Below are positions 36,883 to 51,105 of a stretch of 64,000 nucleotides of DNA, piece by piece (the stretch's first letter is position 1; each line of letters begins with the position of its first letter). The DNA is from Schmidtea polychroa. Taxonomy: Eukaryota. The notes under the pieces were generated by a model, which worked only from the letters and a program-made list of their open reading frames with translations, was not told the origin of the DNA and ran no database searches. Location: assembly GCA_044892525.1 (NCBI GenBank), contig CM097885.1:237276001-237340000 (forward strand). Reading direction: 5' to 3'. The translations under genes were made by a program, and so were the position numbers.

Positions 36883-38621
36883 CTAAGATCTGAGATCATC
36901 AATTCAACATAAGTTAGTATTTCCAAGTTATATAATTCAAGTAGATTTGTTAATAATTTGTATGTATTAACTATAGTAACCATAGAGTACAAATAAATAA
37001 GATATGCAATGGATACTTATTAAATTATTCCTTATTGATAAGTTGTCGGTAAATTTTGTAGCTGCTATTGCTGACACAGATGGTAGAATCGAAGGTTGGG
37101 TTGGCACTATAATTGTCGGGCACTCCTTGGGTTCACGGACTATCGATAGAAGATTTATGGCCGATTTGTTCTGGTCCCTTAATTAATTGTTTTCCCAAAT
37201 TCTAGAAACTCTCTCTCCATCTCATCAAACTAACATCAAACATACTCGTGAAATTAAACAATTTTATTGATCTTTTGTTCGGGCAACTTACACCCAAAAA
37301 TTCTGAGGTACTGAGATTATTTGCTTAAGAAATTATTCCTCAGCGTAATAAATTTATGTCTAAATTTTATTTTCCTAAGAACTTAAGGAATTACCAACGT
37401 TGATTTTTGTTTTAATATTCTAAATTACTTCTATTTTGTCGACCTAATTTATAACAAAAACTTGGTTGAGGGCTTCCCAGGTGAGTTTTTTAATTCTAAC
37501 TGGGAATTGACATATACGTCTACTTTTGATCACAGTCCTTTCGAAGATACCAGCTAGAATCAGTGTAGCCAACCGACAAATCAATCCAAACGACGCAAAA
37601 GAGAATTTATAGTTTTCATAGAACTATAGTAAGTAATAGATTATTCGTTGCTCAAAATTTGTTAGTAACGTCTTGTATTTAAGAATTGCTGCAGGGGTGG
37701 AAATAAAACCGGGTCAACCCGGTCAACCTGGTAGATTGCGGGGATTAGCTGGAACCACGTGACACGGCAAGAGCCCGCCACCCCACTTATAATTAAAAAA
37801 CAAAGCATTCAAAAGTAATTTCAAGATTAACTGGTTAGACTCAGAGTTAAGTGTATTGTATTGATTTTTAGACTATGGATTGTCCCCGTTTAAGATCCTA
37901 GTGATATGTAATAAACGAAATTTCTAATGTTAGTTTAAGTGTACTAGTTATTCGTGCAAAATGGTCAGTTAATTAAAATTTGCTTACTTTCGTGGCCTCT
38001 TTACGATAAGCCTTAATGCTATATGACGGTCAGTTGACCTCTTTAGTTATAATCATTTTGGATGTCCGCAAGTCGTAACGACTATAACAACTGCCAAGAA
38101 GGGAATTTCCCCCACTATTCTATGGTTTCTCACCATTTTGTTCGTGGAACCCTCTGGTAAAAAAAATCTTCATTTTAGATGTATGTTGGGTCATAGACCC
38201 GTAATCGTTGAGGGTTTTGGCTGGGATCTCGCTTCAAAATCAATGATAACCGATGATCTCACTTACCGACGATCGCCTCTGAACCATTTTGTCATTTCAT
38301 CATCTATTTAAGTTACGACATGCTTCGTTGCCACTATCATTGAACATCTCCATAAGGATGCACTGGCATCTTATCAACAATCGGTTTTTGTACGGTTTTG
38401 TTAGTGACACGATCATCATTTCTTCAATGCAACAAAGTTTTCAACCATCTATGATCAACAATATTTTATCCAATTTATCATTTAACCCTTTACTATATTT
38501 TCTTATCGATGTTATCGTCACTATTACAAACTCAAGTATTCCTCTTTCTGTATCATTGTTATCATTAAAATGAATTAGCGATTACCAATATTACTTTGAT
38601 AATTTATTATTGCGATTACGC

Positions 38622-38784
<163 letters not shown>

Positions 38785-38789
38785 GAGGT

Positions 38790-39316
38790 CTCATTATTTG
38801 ATTCTCTTTGTAATTCTCCTTCTTTTGTTTACCCTCCTTTATGCGGCTGTTTGGATAATTGCCCTCTGAATTCCTCGTTTGTTTATCCTTCCAAATTGCC
38901 GTGCTCGGGTTTTCTTCATCGCTCGGGTTCTCCATTGGCTCGGATTTCCCATTAGCTCGGGTTTCCTATTAGCCAATTAATTAATTAATTAATATTTTGT
39001 GTTTTTTCATATTTGCCTGTTTACGACCCTTTCTAAACATTTTCTGACAATTTCTTGTCACTGTCTTCTTCACCATCCCCTAATCCACCCCTCTCACGTT
39101 TTCCAGCTTCAATTTCGATAACTTTTCACTTTATTCCACTTCCTCAGGTTTGCGCATTTTTTCATTGTGTCTGAATGCACCCTTTTCTAGTTCTTTTTTA
39201 TCATATTTTTCTTTGCCATTATTTCTTTGCTTGACCGCCATTCAATTTCGGTTTTCCTTTTTATCGGAAATATTCGATTTGATATAATTTAATAATTTAC
39301 TTTTTAAACCGCAACA
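38790..39316 (-). mobile_element. Diverged LTR fragment related to the solo LTR at 11041-12062
   Basis: The reverse complement shares the aacccgag repeat cluster, ttaattaattaattaattggc and tcagaaaatg-ttagaaagggtc. It starts tgttgcggt at 39316. The other end is unclear. Confidence 0.7.
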
Positions 39317-40357
39317 TAAATAACCCCATGAATTATATAATTTAAGTAATGAAAAGCAATTTGTACATAGATATATATCAATATTGGATGATGAGGGTAG
39401 ACCCATCACCACATTTAACCTCAACAAATATTATAAGACAGGGTCAATATAGGGTCAATATATGTACCGAGGAGAGACAGTAGACCCAGATAACCTAATA
39501 ACACAATCAACTCGAATCAACCCAATAAAATAGTATTTGTGAACAATCGAAACAATCTTCGATCAATCCTTCCTTATGTTATTCAATCCAATCCAATACA
39601 GTCCAAAAACAATATCATTATCCTTTGTGATTTTATTAATTGACTATTCTTTATATTTATTTTATAACAATGGTCTATATATGATCCTTTATATGTAACT
39701 ATTTTTACTTATTTTATTCTTGGCGTATATATGAATTATTTGTATTATATTTGTAGTTTGTTAATATATCTTTCCGTATACATATTTAATATTTTACAAA
39801 AGGGTAAATTAATCAATAATAATTAAATTTTTAGAGAGATAAATAATAAAAATAATAATAACAATTATAATAATATTAATAATCAGCAATCTAATAGTCT
39901 GTAATTATTTTATTACAAAAAGAAAAAGAAACAGCTGTCGATATACAAAAAAAATTCGCCAAAAATTAGCGCGTTTGTCAATAAACTTAGGACAAGACTC
40001 AACGATAAATCAGTTAATGCACTAGTTTGTCTTAGAACTCATTTTAAGAACTGTGCTGATAAATAACTTTTTTTTTGTTCTATTAGTAATTAAGTCTTCT
40101 GTTGTAATGAAAAAAACTGAATATATTAAATGTTTTTTTAAATTCAATTTTTTTTTAATTAGTAGATAGTATAACCCGGGTTTCCCGGTTTTCCCGGGAA
40201 CATCTTCCAAATATTCTCGTTTCCCGGGAAACCCTAATTGTGTTGAATTACCTGATTATTCTGCTTCTGCCATTTTTTTTCATCTGTAGTTATTAGCTTC
40301 TGTTCTATAGTACTTTGCGAGCTCGAAATTTTCGATGACTCTCCCTCTGTCATCCAA

Positions 40358-41555
<1,198 letters not shown>

Positions 41556-42389
41556 GATTACTATTGATTTTTATTAAAGCTTTCCGTTGTAATGGATTTT
41601 TAATTAAAAGTATTTTGATCACTTGTGTGTTGGGAATGGTGGAATTTCATCAAACTTTGTTCGTTTTATCGCTAATTAATGGAATAATAAATGAGACAAA
41701 GAGTAGTTAGGGTTTGATACCTTCCACGATAATTCCTTAATCCAGAGGCGCGTCTGGAAAGTAGCATTTCTTGAGATCGGACTCATCGTTTACATACAGC
41801 CGTCCACTAATTTACAAGGTCAAAGCTCCTTGCAACGGGTTGTTAGAGATAGTGGCGGAAACAGATGGTTCAGAACCTTGATTAGAAATAGGAATAGGTG
41901 CGATTCAAGTATGTGAGGGAGATCTTTTTCTAATTATAACCTAAAAATATTAAATCAAATTTTCGGTTTCTGACAGAAACCAATTGTTTGGTGAAATGAC
42001 ATTTGACATAGAGCGTTTCGAAAGTTTGTGTTAAATAGGAAAAATTGATCTATAATCGAAAACTAAATGAAGCAAATTGATTCAATTTTATTCATTTTTT
42101 AAAAGTAGTAATTTATTTAAATATCAATCAGTAAAAAAGTATTTCTTTTGTTTACCTTTGATAAATTTTCTCTTTATAAAAATTTTATTACAGCTATAGA
42201 TCAATTTCTTTTACATATGAAAATTATTTAATCTTGTAATGAGATTAAATAAAATTTTCAAATTAAATACAAATTGTTTAAATATATAATTTTTCAAATT
42301 AACTTAATTTATTTTTCTTCAAGGATAAGTAATTTTAAAATATTTAATTATGGATATTTAATTGAACTTTTCATATTTAAATTTTAGCT

Positions 42390-44090
42390 ATGACTGAAAT
42401 TTCTTATTCTTCTGCTATTATTGGAAAAAATGAAGCTTTAAAACTATCTCATGATCTATGCCACACTTTATTTGATTGTGGAGTAGAAAATGATTTAGTT
42501 ACTTTACATTCAACTGGAAAACAGTTAACTAGTCTTTATTTTGACTGTAAAAGCCACAGACATAGCCTTTCTGAACAATTAATAAAAATCGAATTTTTAG
42601 AATATGCTGTGAAAACGTTGAAACAATTAAATAATCTAGGAGTATTTCAGAGTGATGACATATGGTTCGCTTCGTTTTATTTATATAATTTATGTTGGAA
42701 TTATTCTACTATCAATCCAGAATTTGGATCCGGATTAATGTTGTGTGGAATTGAATCTTTATTAATATCAAATGTTACTCATGATCCGTATATTAATAAT
42801 TTATCTAAACGAAATGTCAACTACTTAATTTCAGCAACATTAAGTATTATGAACAATATATTAAAAACTCCAGGACATCGTTTATCTTTTTGTACAGAAA
42901 ATGTAATCAAGGGATTAATAAAAATATCTAAATTTGATGATAAAATTGCAGTTCTTTGTACCATGTGTTTATCATATATTGCAACTAATGACAATATTAC
43001 GAGCACTTCGGATTTTGACATATTTTATAATGTAAAGGTGTTATTTTATTGTATAGATAGAGCTTTGGAAACAGGCGGGAAATATAATAATTATAATGTT
43101 TATGAATTTTTCGAAGTTCTCAAATTTGCTTCTCTATCAAAAAATCAAAGAGACGCCATTATTAATCTTGATGGATATAATGTAATGATTGAACAAATAA
43201 ATACAACTAAAGATGAGCGAGTAAAAAGAGAAATATTATTTACTCTAATGAATCTATGCGATGCTAAAAATGAAAATAAAATCAAAGAGATTGCTGGTTT
43301 TTATTTAGCAAATAAGTCTAATGTCACTTTATCGGCCGCAAAAACGCTTTCTTGGTCTATGGAAATTTTTGAACAAAAATCCAAACAAAATAACAACCAA
43401 TTGGGGAAAACCTCCAGTGAAAAGAATATATTTATCAACTTTGCAAAGCCAGATGGGAAAATTGTTATGAAAATATTCAGTGAATTAAAAAATGTTCCAA
43501 CTTTGCCATTGATTAGCTACGATGATGATGTTGATAAGTTGCGACAAGCCTATGATAAATCATCGATTATAATTGTGTGTGTTTCGGAAGCATTTAAAAA
43601 TTCCATCAATTTGAAACTGGGCGCTGAATATATTTCGTTGAAAAATAAGATTATTTTTCCGGTTTTGATTCAAAATAATTATAAGCCGGAAGGTTGGATT
43701 AAGGATTTCATTTACCAAGTGTCCGATGTCTGTTACAATTTTACCCAATGTTTCGAGGAGAATATGGATAAATTTCTCGTTGATTTGAATTCTCAATTGG
43801 ATGCATTGAAAACAGAATACCGGGAAACCGTTTTGGCAGCGGCACCGATAAAAGAAAAGTCACAAGGGGGAATCGAGAGTAAACTGTGCAATATTTCCCA
43901 ATGGCTCATTGAGCATGATTTGTCTCATTTACAGGCAAAAATGATAAATATTAGCATGAATTTACTATATTATATGAGAAAAATCCGATTGGAAGCTCCA
44001 GATTTCTATTTCCGGTCTCTCCAGGACAGCTTGAAATTGAATTTTGTGGAAATTATACAATTTTCGGCTGCATTGGACGAGTTGGAATAG
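42390..44090 (+). CDS. ARM-like helical repeat + TIR (TIR_2-like) + C-terminal SAM-like protein, 566 aa
   Basis: Uninterrupted ORF. Helical N-terminus (LYNLCWNYS, TLSIMNNI, LFTLMNL). TIR-like segment NIFINF...SSIIIVCVSEAFKNSINLKLGAEY...IIFPVLIQNNYKPEGWI (~43425-43800). C-terminal ISQWLIEHDL...LLYYMRKIRLEAPDFY...FSAALDEL, as in invertebrate TIR-SAM proteins. A possible 5' intron ends at tttag 42387. Confidence 0.85.
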   Translation: MTEISYSSAIIGKNEALKLSHDLCHTLFDCGVENDLVTLHSTGKQLTSLYFDCKSHRHSLSEQLIKIEFLEYAVKTLKQLNNLGVFQSDDIWFASFYLYNLCWNYSTINPEFGSGLMLCGIESLLISNVTHDPYINNLSKRNVNYLISATLSIMNNILKTPGHRLSFCTENVIKGLIKISKFDDKIAVLCTMCLSYIATNDNITSTSDFDIFYNVKVLFYCIDRALETGGKYNNYNVYEFFEVLKFASLSKNQRDAIINLDGYNVMIEQINTTKDERVKREILFTLMNLCDAKNENKIKEIAGFYLANKSNVTLSAAKTLSWSMEIFEQKSKQNNNQLGKTSSEKNIFINFAKPDGKIVMKIFSELKNVPTLPLISYDDDVDKLRQAYDKSSIIIVCVSEAFKNSINLKLGAEYISLKNKIIFPVLIQNNYKPEGWIKDFIYQVSDVCYNFTQCFEENMDKFLVDLNSQLDALKTEYRETVLAAAPIKEKSQGGIESKLCNISQWLIEHDLSHLQAKMINISMNLLYYMRKIRLEAPDFYFRSLQDSLKLNFVEIIQFSAALDELE

Positions 44091-44727
44091 ATTTGGGATT
44101 CGTCTGTGTTTAGATATATGTGCAATCGATTTTTTACTGTTATTTTGTAAAGCATTTTCAATTTAATAAATTTGTGTTTTCATTCTTTCCTTCAATCGTG
44201 TATTGATTTTAGGTTTTGCAATTTTCATTTTCTTTAAGCTATCTAAAATCTTTTAATTTTGAATGTGAAATTTACAATTATTGATCAATGTAAACTTTTA
44301 TTGATTACAATTTACAAAGACAAAAAATGATTCAATATTACAAAAGGGGCTACTGAGTGATTATTACAACCCTTCGGGTGGAAAAGCAAGTCTTCAATAA
44401 AACTTAAAATTCGCGACAACTTAACTACGGCTTCTGATTATAATAAGGGACAGAATCGATCTAGTGGCTTTCTTTACTTCATTATACGTGATAATTAATT
44501 TGTTATAAATTGTTTCTCTGATAATTCCGTCTTCTTTTTTAATGTTTTAATTCTGTTGTAATCCAAGTTGTGTTTCACTTTTATACTTTGCCATCTAATA
44601 GTACTTCTAGATAATTCAGATGTTTTTGATTTTTGACTCCGACACACCTGGGGTCATTCCTAATTCCTCTACTATCGCTAACAGTTTCCAAGATATACAG
44701 TTTTATTTGGTTATGTTGCGCTACAAC

Positions 44728-46584
44728 TAGTCCTACCATCTTTTGGCCGGGACTGTCCCGGATTTTGAAAATTATGCAAAAAATTTTTCACTATATTTCG
44801 CAGATTATTTTTTATAACACACTGTTGAAAATTTTTTAACGTATGACAAAAATTTTAAATAAAAATAACGTTTAATTTAAAAAAAATTTCACTCTCTGCC
44901 CTCAGTTTTCCCAGTGTTATCAAAAAAAGTTGTGAAAAGAGTATAATTTTCACTATTTTGCAAGAAAAATCAGAAAATTTATCGTAAAATTACTTAATAA
45001 GACTGTTAAAGATGTAAGTTACTTTCTTTGAATTCATGCTGATAGAATAATATAATTTAAGTAATTATATTCTTCTATCAGCATGAATTCAAAAAAACGC
45101 AAAACTACATAAATACAAAGAAGAGTTTAGATTCCTTGATAAGACTAAAGAAGATGATTCAAAAGCATTCTGTAGCATCTGCTCATCTACATTCTCTATT
45201 GCTTTCAGAGGTCGTGCTGACATTGTGGACCACTGCAAAACTAAACGCCATCAATCGTCTGTAAATGCAGGATCTTCCATCTCAAAAGTGACAAACTTCA
45301 AAAAGCTCGAAATGTCATCTACTGAACTCGAAATTGCGTTTTTGCGTTCCACACGGTCAAACATAACTTTTCATTTCTCTCTACTGACTGCACATCGAAT
45401 CTTATCATGCAACATTTTGAACCTAAGTTCAGTCTGGCTCGAACCAAGACGACCGTAATTGTGAAGTATGTCCTGAGTCCTTTCGTCAATGAGGAACTGA
45501 TTAAAGAGTTGAAGATTTGTGAAGAAATGGATATAGTTTTCAAGCCATTGAAATCTCACTCAACATTCACTTTCCTTTCTCTAGCACGGGCAATTTAACG
45601 ATTTATTGAAATGTTTGATCCATTAAAAGAATATTTCAAAGGAACCAAGACAAAATGTCCACCGGTCATCAAAAACTTCTCACTTGAAAGCAATAAATTT
45701 TGGCTCCTTTTTCTGAGTAACTATATACAAATGATAAACGAAGCCATGCTTTTGTTTGAGAGATCGGAAATTCCTGCATTTAAAATTTCTTTTGAGTTGA
45801 GATTATTCAAGGAAAAGTCAAACATCGTCTTCAATTGGCGTATCTCACTCGAGAAGCCCGTCTAGAATTGTCTCACTTGCATGTTGACACTCAAAGCGCT
45901 GTTTTGCAAAATGTTAAAGACTTTTATGAAGAGCTTATTGCATATCTCGACAAGTGGCAGGAATCGTTAGATGGTGCTCAAAATTTTGAATGGATGAGTA
46001 TGTACAAAACTCCGGAATGGCCGCAAATTGAAAAGTCTGTTGATTTTATCATCGAACGACACGGTGCAAGTTCTGCAATAATAAATCAAGATTTGCTTTT
46101 CGATGAGTATAATCAAATGATAATTTTTACGAACGAAAATAAATCCACATGGGCCGACAAAAAAGCAAAAGCTGCAAAAATTTGGGCTGAAAGTTTCTCT
46201 CATTTTTGCGAAAATTCAATGCGTCTAAATAATATGGAGAGATTAGTTGAATTTGCTTTATGCATGCCAGGAACATCAATGGAAGTTGAACGTTTATTTT
46301 CGTTGATTAATCAAGCATGGACCGATCAGAAGGGAAGTTTCGATTTGAGCACTGTAAATGCGATCATCACTACAATATAACTCAAAAATTAGTTGTAGTG
46401 AGTTTTACAAGAAAATTAAATCAAACTTTCAGTTGCTTGAAAAGATTCATTCACAAGAAAAGTATCAAAATTAAGAATTTATTGTTAATTCATATATTTT
46501 TTCATAATTAAATTAATTTGTTTTTGTGTCCCGGTATTTTTTAAAAATGTCCCGGATTTTTTCAAAATGTTCATGGCAGGCCTA
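44728..46584 (+). mobile_element. hAT transposon, Blackjack type, internally deleted
   Basis: 8-bp TSD GCTACAAC (44720-44727, 46585-46592). TIRs TAGTCCTACCAT / TAGGCCTGCCAT (10/12), with subterminal gtcccgg repeats. Confidence 0.9.
45083..46470 (+). pseudogene. Broken hAT transposase
   Basis: SKAFCSICSSTFSIAFRGRADIVDHCKTKRH (BED-like zinc finger), KFSLARTKTT and FALCMPGTSMEVERLFSLINQAWT. Several frameshifts, and the central catalytic region appears deleted. Confidence 0.88.
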
Positions 46585-46592
46585 GCTACAAC

Positions 46593-47720
46593 TGATTTTG
46601 AGTCCAAACGGGCTTAGGGGGTGTGTCATTCAAATGTTCTAGGGTTGCTTATGGATTTGGCATCGACTCTTTCCTAAACGCCTTCATGATTGTTTTAATT
46701 TATACCATCTACGTAACCATGGCAGCAAGCATGTTGATGATGTACACAATGGCTGAAAATCAATGAGCAGGTGAGCTCGACTACTAGAACTCCTCATTGC
46801 ATTTTCATTTTCGGGTTCTGGACTGTCAATAGAAGGTCTTTCGTCACTGTTAATTATATATATCTTTCTTAGATCATTGTCCTTCCTTATTCATTTGATT
46901 ATTATTGGATGTTAATCAATATTACTTTCAAATATTTTGCGCAGGGATCCACCCTTATTTCCCAGTTCATAAATGTTGTCCTATATTTTTTATAATAACT
47001 GAGGTTATTTGGTGCGCTCTTCGAAAATTTGAGCAGGCATCTACCTATATTTCCAATTCTGACCTAGGTTGATTTTAATTACTAAAGGATTTTCTATCAA
47101 TTAGTCAACAATGTCGTGACAAAAATTAGGCCTATTTCATGTTGAGACGTTCTAAGCTATGATTATATCTACTGCTTTTTTTCAAAAGATGACTACTGGG
47201 TTGATCTGCGATTGTTGTGAGCTGAGCACTATGGTCATTCATATTGTTAAACCTACTCTACTTCGATAAAAAGGTCAGTGGCTGACTCAAAGTAGTCTCT
47301 GCCGAGTTATTCGATAGAATCAGTAACTGGATGATTGAATCCTCACTTTAGTCCATAGGATAGAAAAACATACAGTACGCCCTTGTCCATGACCAAAATA
47401 GACCTCAACGTCACAATATTTATCAATTTATTTAATAAAAATTTAAATGTAAACTGGAAACGAATAATAAAAAGAACAAAAAAAATTTAAATCTAACGTT
47501 AAAATTTATTAACTTAAAAATTACTATATGATTAAAAATTATTTCATACAAAACAAACTTACCACAAATGCATAAAATTCATAAAAACCGAAAACTGAGA
47601 GCAAGTAAGCCAAAACGTTTTTTGTGTCTTTTCAAATGAATTTTCACTCGGTATTTATACTGAGTTTAAGTGTCCGCCTACGCATTTGCTACCCATCTAT
47701 CCAATAGGAATGCGTGTAAT
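46593..47720 (-). mobile_element. Old diverged LTR of the main family; its terminus (tgttgcg, 44714) is separated from it by the Blackjack insertion
   Basis: cttagggggtgtgtc, cgactctttcctaa, caatgagcaggtgagctc, aatttgagcagg, gtatttatactga and tatccaat are collinear with the LTR at 1196-2754. The AT-rich U3 is missing. Confidence 0.85.
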
Positions 47721-49360
47721 ATATATACAAAATCAACATTCAAAATACTATATTACTATACATTACTATACATTACTATATGCGTTTTGGAATATTGGTT
47801 CTTCTTCGGATCAGGTGTCGATATAGGAGTGCAAGATGTACACTGAGTCGTATTGACAGGAATAGCGGCACTAATCTGAGTAACCGGAGACTTCTCTGAA
47901 GCGACTAGGTGATGGATGAGGATTATCTCGAGGAGTATCGAGTCAGATACTCGTGAGAGACGACCTTTGACGTTCCCTTGTATCTATGTTCTACAGAGGT
48001 CATGCTATGTTTTTCGTTGTGCCCGACTTTCGAGAATAAGATTACCATGGACATTTTGAGTCTGTAGATCTTTCGATGCAGGTCATGAGCCTACGCTCAC
48101 TGGAACCAGGTGGCCTCTATCTGATTGAATTTCTTTTGTAGCTTTGAGATTCGCTCTATTAACTTTCTTATTTCGATCATGGCGTTGAGGTTGAGTTGAT
48201 GAGTCATTTGGGTTTTTGCGTTTATTAATGTGTTCATACTATAAGTAGAAAAAATTATAAAAGTTGAATAGCTGGTTAGAAATGATTGCGTAAATGACGC
48301 AAACCGCGAATAAATGATCATTATTAAAATGTAATTATTTATAAAATTAATTTGAGTTGCCTCTTAAAATTTCTTTCGGAATTCAAAATTTTATAATGTT
48401 ATTTTTCTTCCTAATTTGGAATTTGTGAATTAATCGTAGACAGCCTTTTGTTTAAATACCTTCAAAGCTTTTAGATCTGATAATTTTTTTTTACTAAGAG
48501 TACCTTAAATTTAGTCGACTATACCTGCTACATTAATTTCTGTCTTACTTTATTTATTATATCTAATTTAATTTAGTAAAATTAGCTTTATTCTCAACGG
48601 AATTATGATTTAAATAAGGCTGATCGTTCTTTCTTTATGTTTGAGGGTTTGCTATAGTTTTGAAAGTGACAACCGTTTTTGCTATATTTTGAATAGAGTG
48701 CTTATTACTAAATGAGCTCCGTAAGATCAATTTAAGAATAAAGTTCTTTATCTAACTGGGTTGCACTTGGACAATCTCTCCGACAGTGTTAGATTTTGGT
48801 TTGAATGTGAGATTCTACGGTTATTGTGAAAAGGATGAATCAAAAAAGGCTTTCCTATTGGTGTACAGAGTTTTCGATTTTTTCTAATTGTTGATGCCGG
48901 CATTATCATGTTAATTAGAATGTTTCGGTGTATGCTATAATTGAGTGAATTATCATTATTTATCATGGTGCATGTTATTTGCTTCCAACAGACTGCTGTT
49001 TATGGCTGAAAAAGGGATACGCGAATCTGTGTTAGTTTTGTGTAGGCCTTTTATTACAATTTTTTACATGATTATCATGACATTTGCCTACCATCAGCAA
49101 TGTTCCCTATGAGTCCCCAAGACAGGCTTTTAGTTAAGCTTTTCAAAATTGTGTGAGATTAAAAATTACTTCTCCTGGCTCATTCCACAATATTTGCCCC
49201 CACTCGCGACACCGTGGCTGTGAATGGACAATCGCCAGGTTGACTCGTTTGTTGGGGTCCGAGATGAGGTAGGAAAAAATATATTAGGTTAAAAAAATTA
49301 CATAAGAAATAATATAGAAATTGAATATAAATACTAATTTAATATTCCCATATTTTGTAA

Positions 49361-49882
49361 TCTAATATATAAAGATGAAAGTTTGTTTGTTTGTTATCCA
49401 TAGATTTCCCCACCGTTGGACCTAGGGTGCTGAAATTTCGCATGTGACTCTCATGTGATCTGGGACAGGTCATAGGCTATGTTTCGACCCCAGATGACCA
49501 CCCCTAGGGTACCATAAGTCGGTTTGTTTGTCTGCCCGGTCAGCAATTTTCCATATAAATAATAATTTATTATATACTTGATACTTGCAGTTGAAAGTAA
49601 TATAATTTGTTCAAACATGGAGAATTTGAATTTTATTTGATTAGTGAACCAGTTTGCAATTGGAAAAATATTGGCAGTTATTTTTCGATTTAAATTGGAG
49701 TGCGTTTTCGATTTTACAAATTGAAATTTATTTTGAGAGCTTTTCTTATTGTGAATTAAATATGGAATTATAGCTGTTATAAAATAAGTAATATAACGAA
49801 ATAACATCATTAAACAAAAAATTAATTTAAACGAATTATTATAATAAATGTAAACTCGGGCGAAGCCAGGTACAACAGCTAG
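49361..49882 (+). mobile_element. Non-autonomous Helitron (522 bp)
   Basis: Starts TC (tctaatatataaa) with a (gttt)n tract. Ends with a gggcgaagcc hairpin and CTAG. Inserted between A (49360) and T (49883) with no TSD. Confidence 0.85.
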
Positions 49883-49982
49883 TTAAATATAAATAGTAAT
49901 TAAATATTACCATATTTGGAAATTAAATATAAATATGGTTATATATAGATAACAAGGTATGTTCAGTGGTGAGCTATGCATG

Positions 49983-51105
49983 TGTTGGTTACTTAGGGGT
50001 GTGACATTTAAAATTTTTAAATACATTAGGGGTAATCATATATATTCACTCGACTCTTTCCTAAGCACCTCCATGACTATTGTACTTTAACCATTTGTGT
50101 ACCCATGGCGACGACCATGTTGGTAATGTACACAAAGACGAAAAAACAATGAGCAGGTGAGCTCTATTACTAAAACTACTCCCCATTGGATTTTCTTTTC
50201 GGGTTCTAGACTGCCGATAGAAGGTCTTACGTCATTATTCACTATGTATGCTATTTTTGGATCGTTGTTGGTCCTCAATTACGGGTATTTCTAATTGTTC
50301 TCTTATCAAAAATTTTTTTTTGCAGGGTTCTGCCCTTATTTTCCAGCTAGTAATTATTGTTCTACACTTCCTACAATATCTAAATCAGCCTTTGAAAAAT
50401 TTGAGCAGGGATCTGCCTGTGTTTCTAACCCTGAGCTGTCGGAAAAATTACGTAAATTACGCAAATTAAGTGGCTATGTTAAAAAAAGAGAGAGTTTGTT
50501 GCGTCCTTCAATTGAATTTGTGATCAGTATTTATACTGATTTTGAATGCGTACGCTATCCAATCAGAGTGCGAGAATTATTGAATTGATTTTGCACACAT
50601 GCATGAATGTGTGTAATTATTTATTTGTTTTAATTTCATAAATTTAATTAATTTCTTATTTAATTTTTATTAATTTTAATTTTACAAATTTTATAATTTA
50701 ACTAATTTGAGTTATCTTAATTTTTATTAATTTAACCATTTTTATTCTTTAATTTTAATAAGTTACATAACCATTTCATTCTATAAACTTTACAATTTAC
50801 ATAATGCTAATTAATTTTATTATTTTTGACGATTTAATTTTTATATTGTTTAAATAATTTTCAACTAATTCCATTTTATATTTTATTATTTTTCTATTTA
50901 AATTTTTAAGTGTTGAATTTTCTGTTAAATTTATTTATCTCTTTATTCTATTATACGGGGTTTATTGATTCTTAATGTGTGATGTAGTTTATTTTATTTA
51001 TTTTAAATTAAACCTTGGTTATAAATTTTTTCAACTTTGCGGTTTTTGTGTTAGGTATTTTCGATCGATTAAAACAAACTCTCAGTTCTCGTTTTCAGCC
51101 CAACA
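49983..51105 (-). repeat. 3' LTR of copy 2 with a ~470-bp internal deletion
   Basis: tgttggttac...cagcccaaca. Lacks the segment equivalent to 63166-63634. Confidence 0.94.

Noticed and set aside
37692..37745. caggggtggaaat... (and ...cccgggaaacccta at ~40236) as complete DNA transposons
   Set aside because: They look like single hAT-type termini, but no matching partner TIR or TSD was found.
41703..41716. gttagggtt as a telomerase RNA template or telomeric seed
   Set aside because: A single 9-nt match is expected by chance, and I could not support a pseudoknot or other telomerase RNA features.
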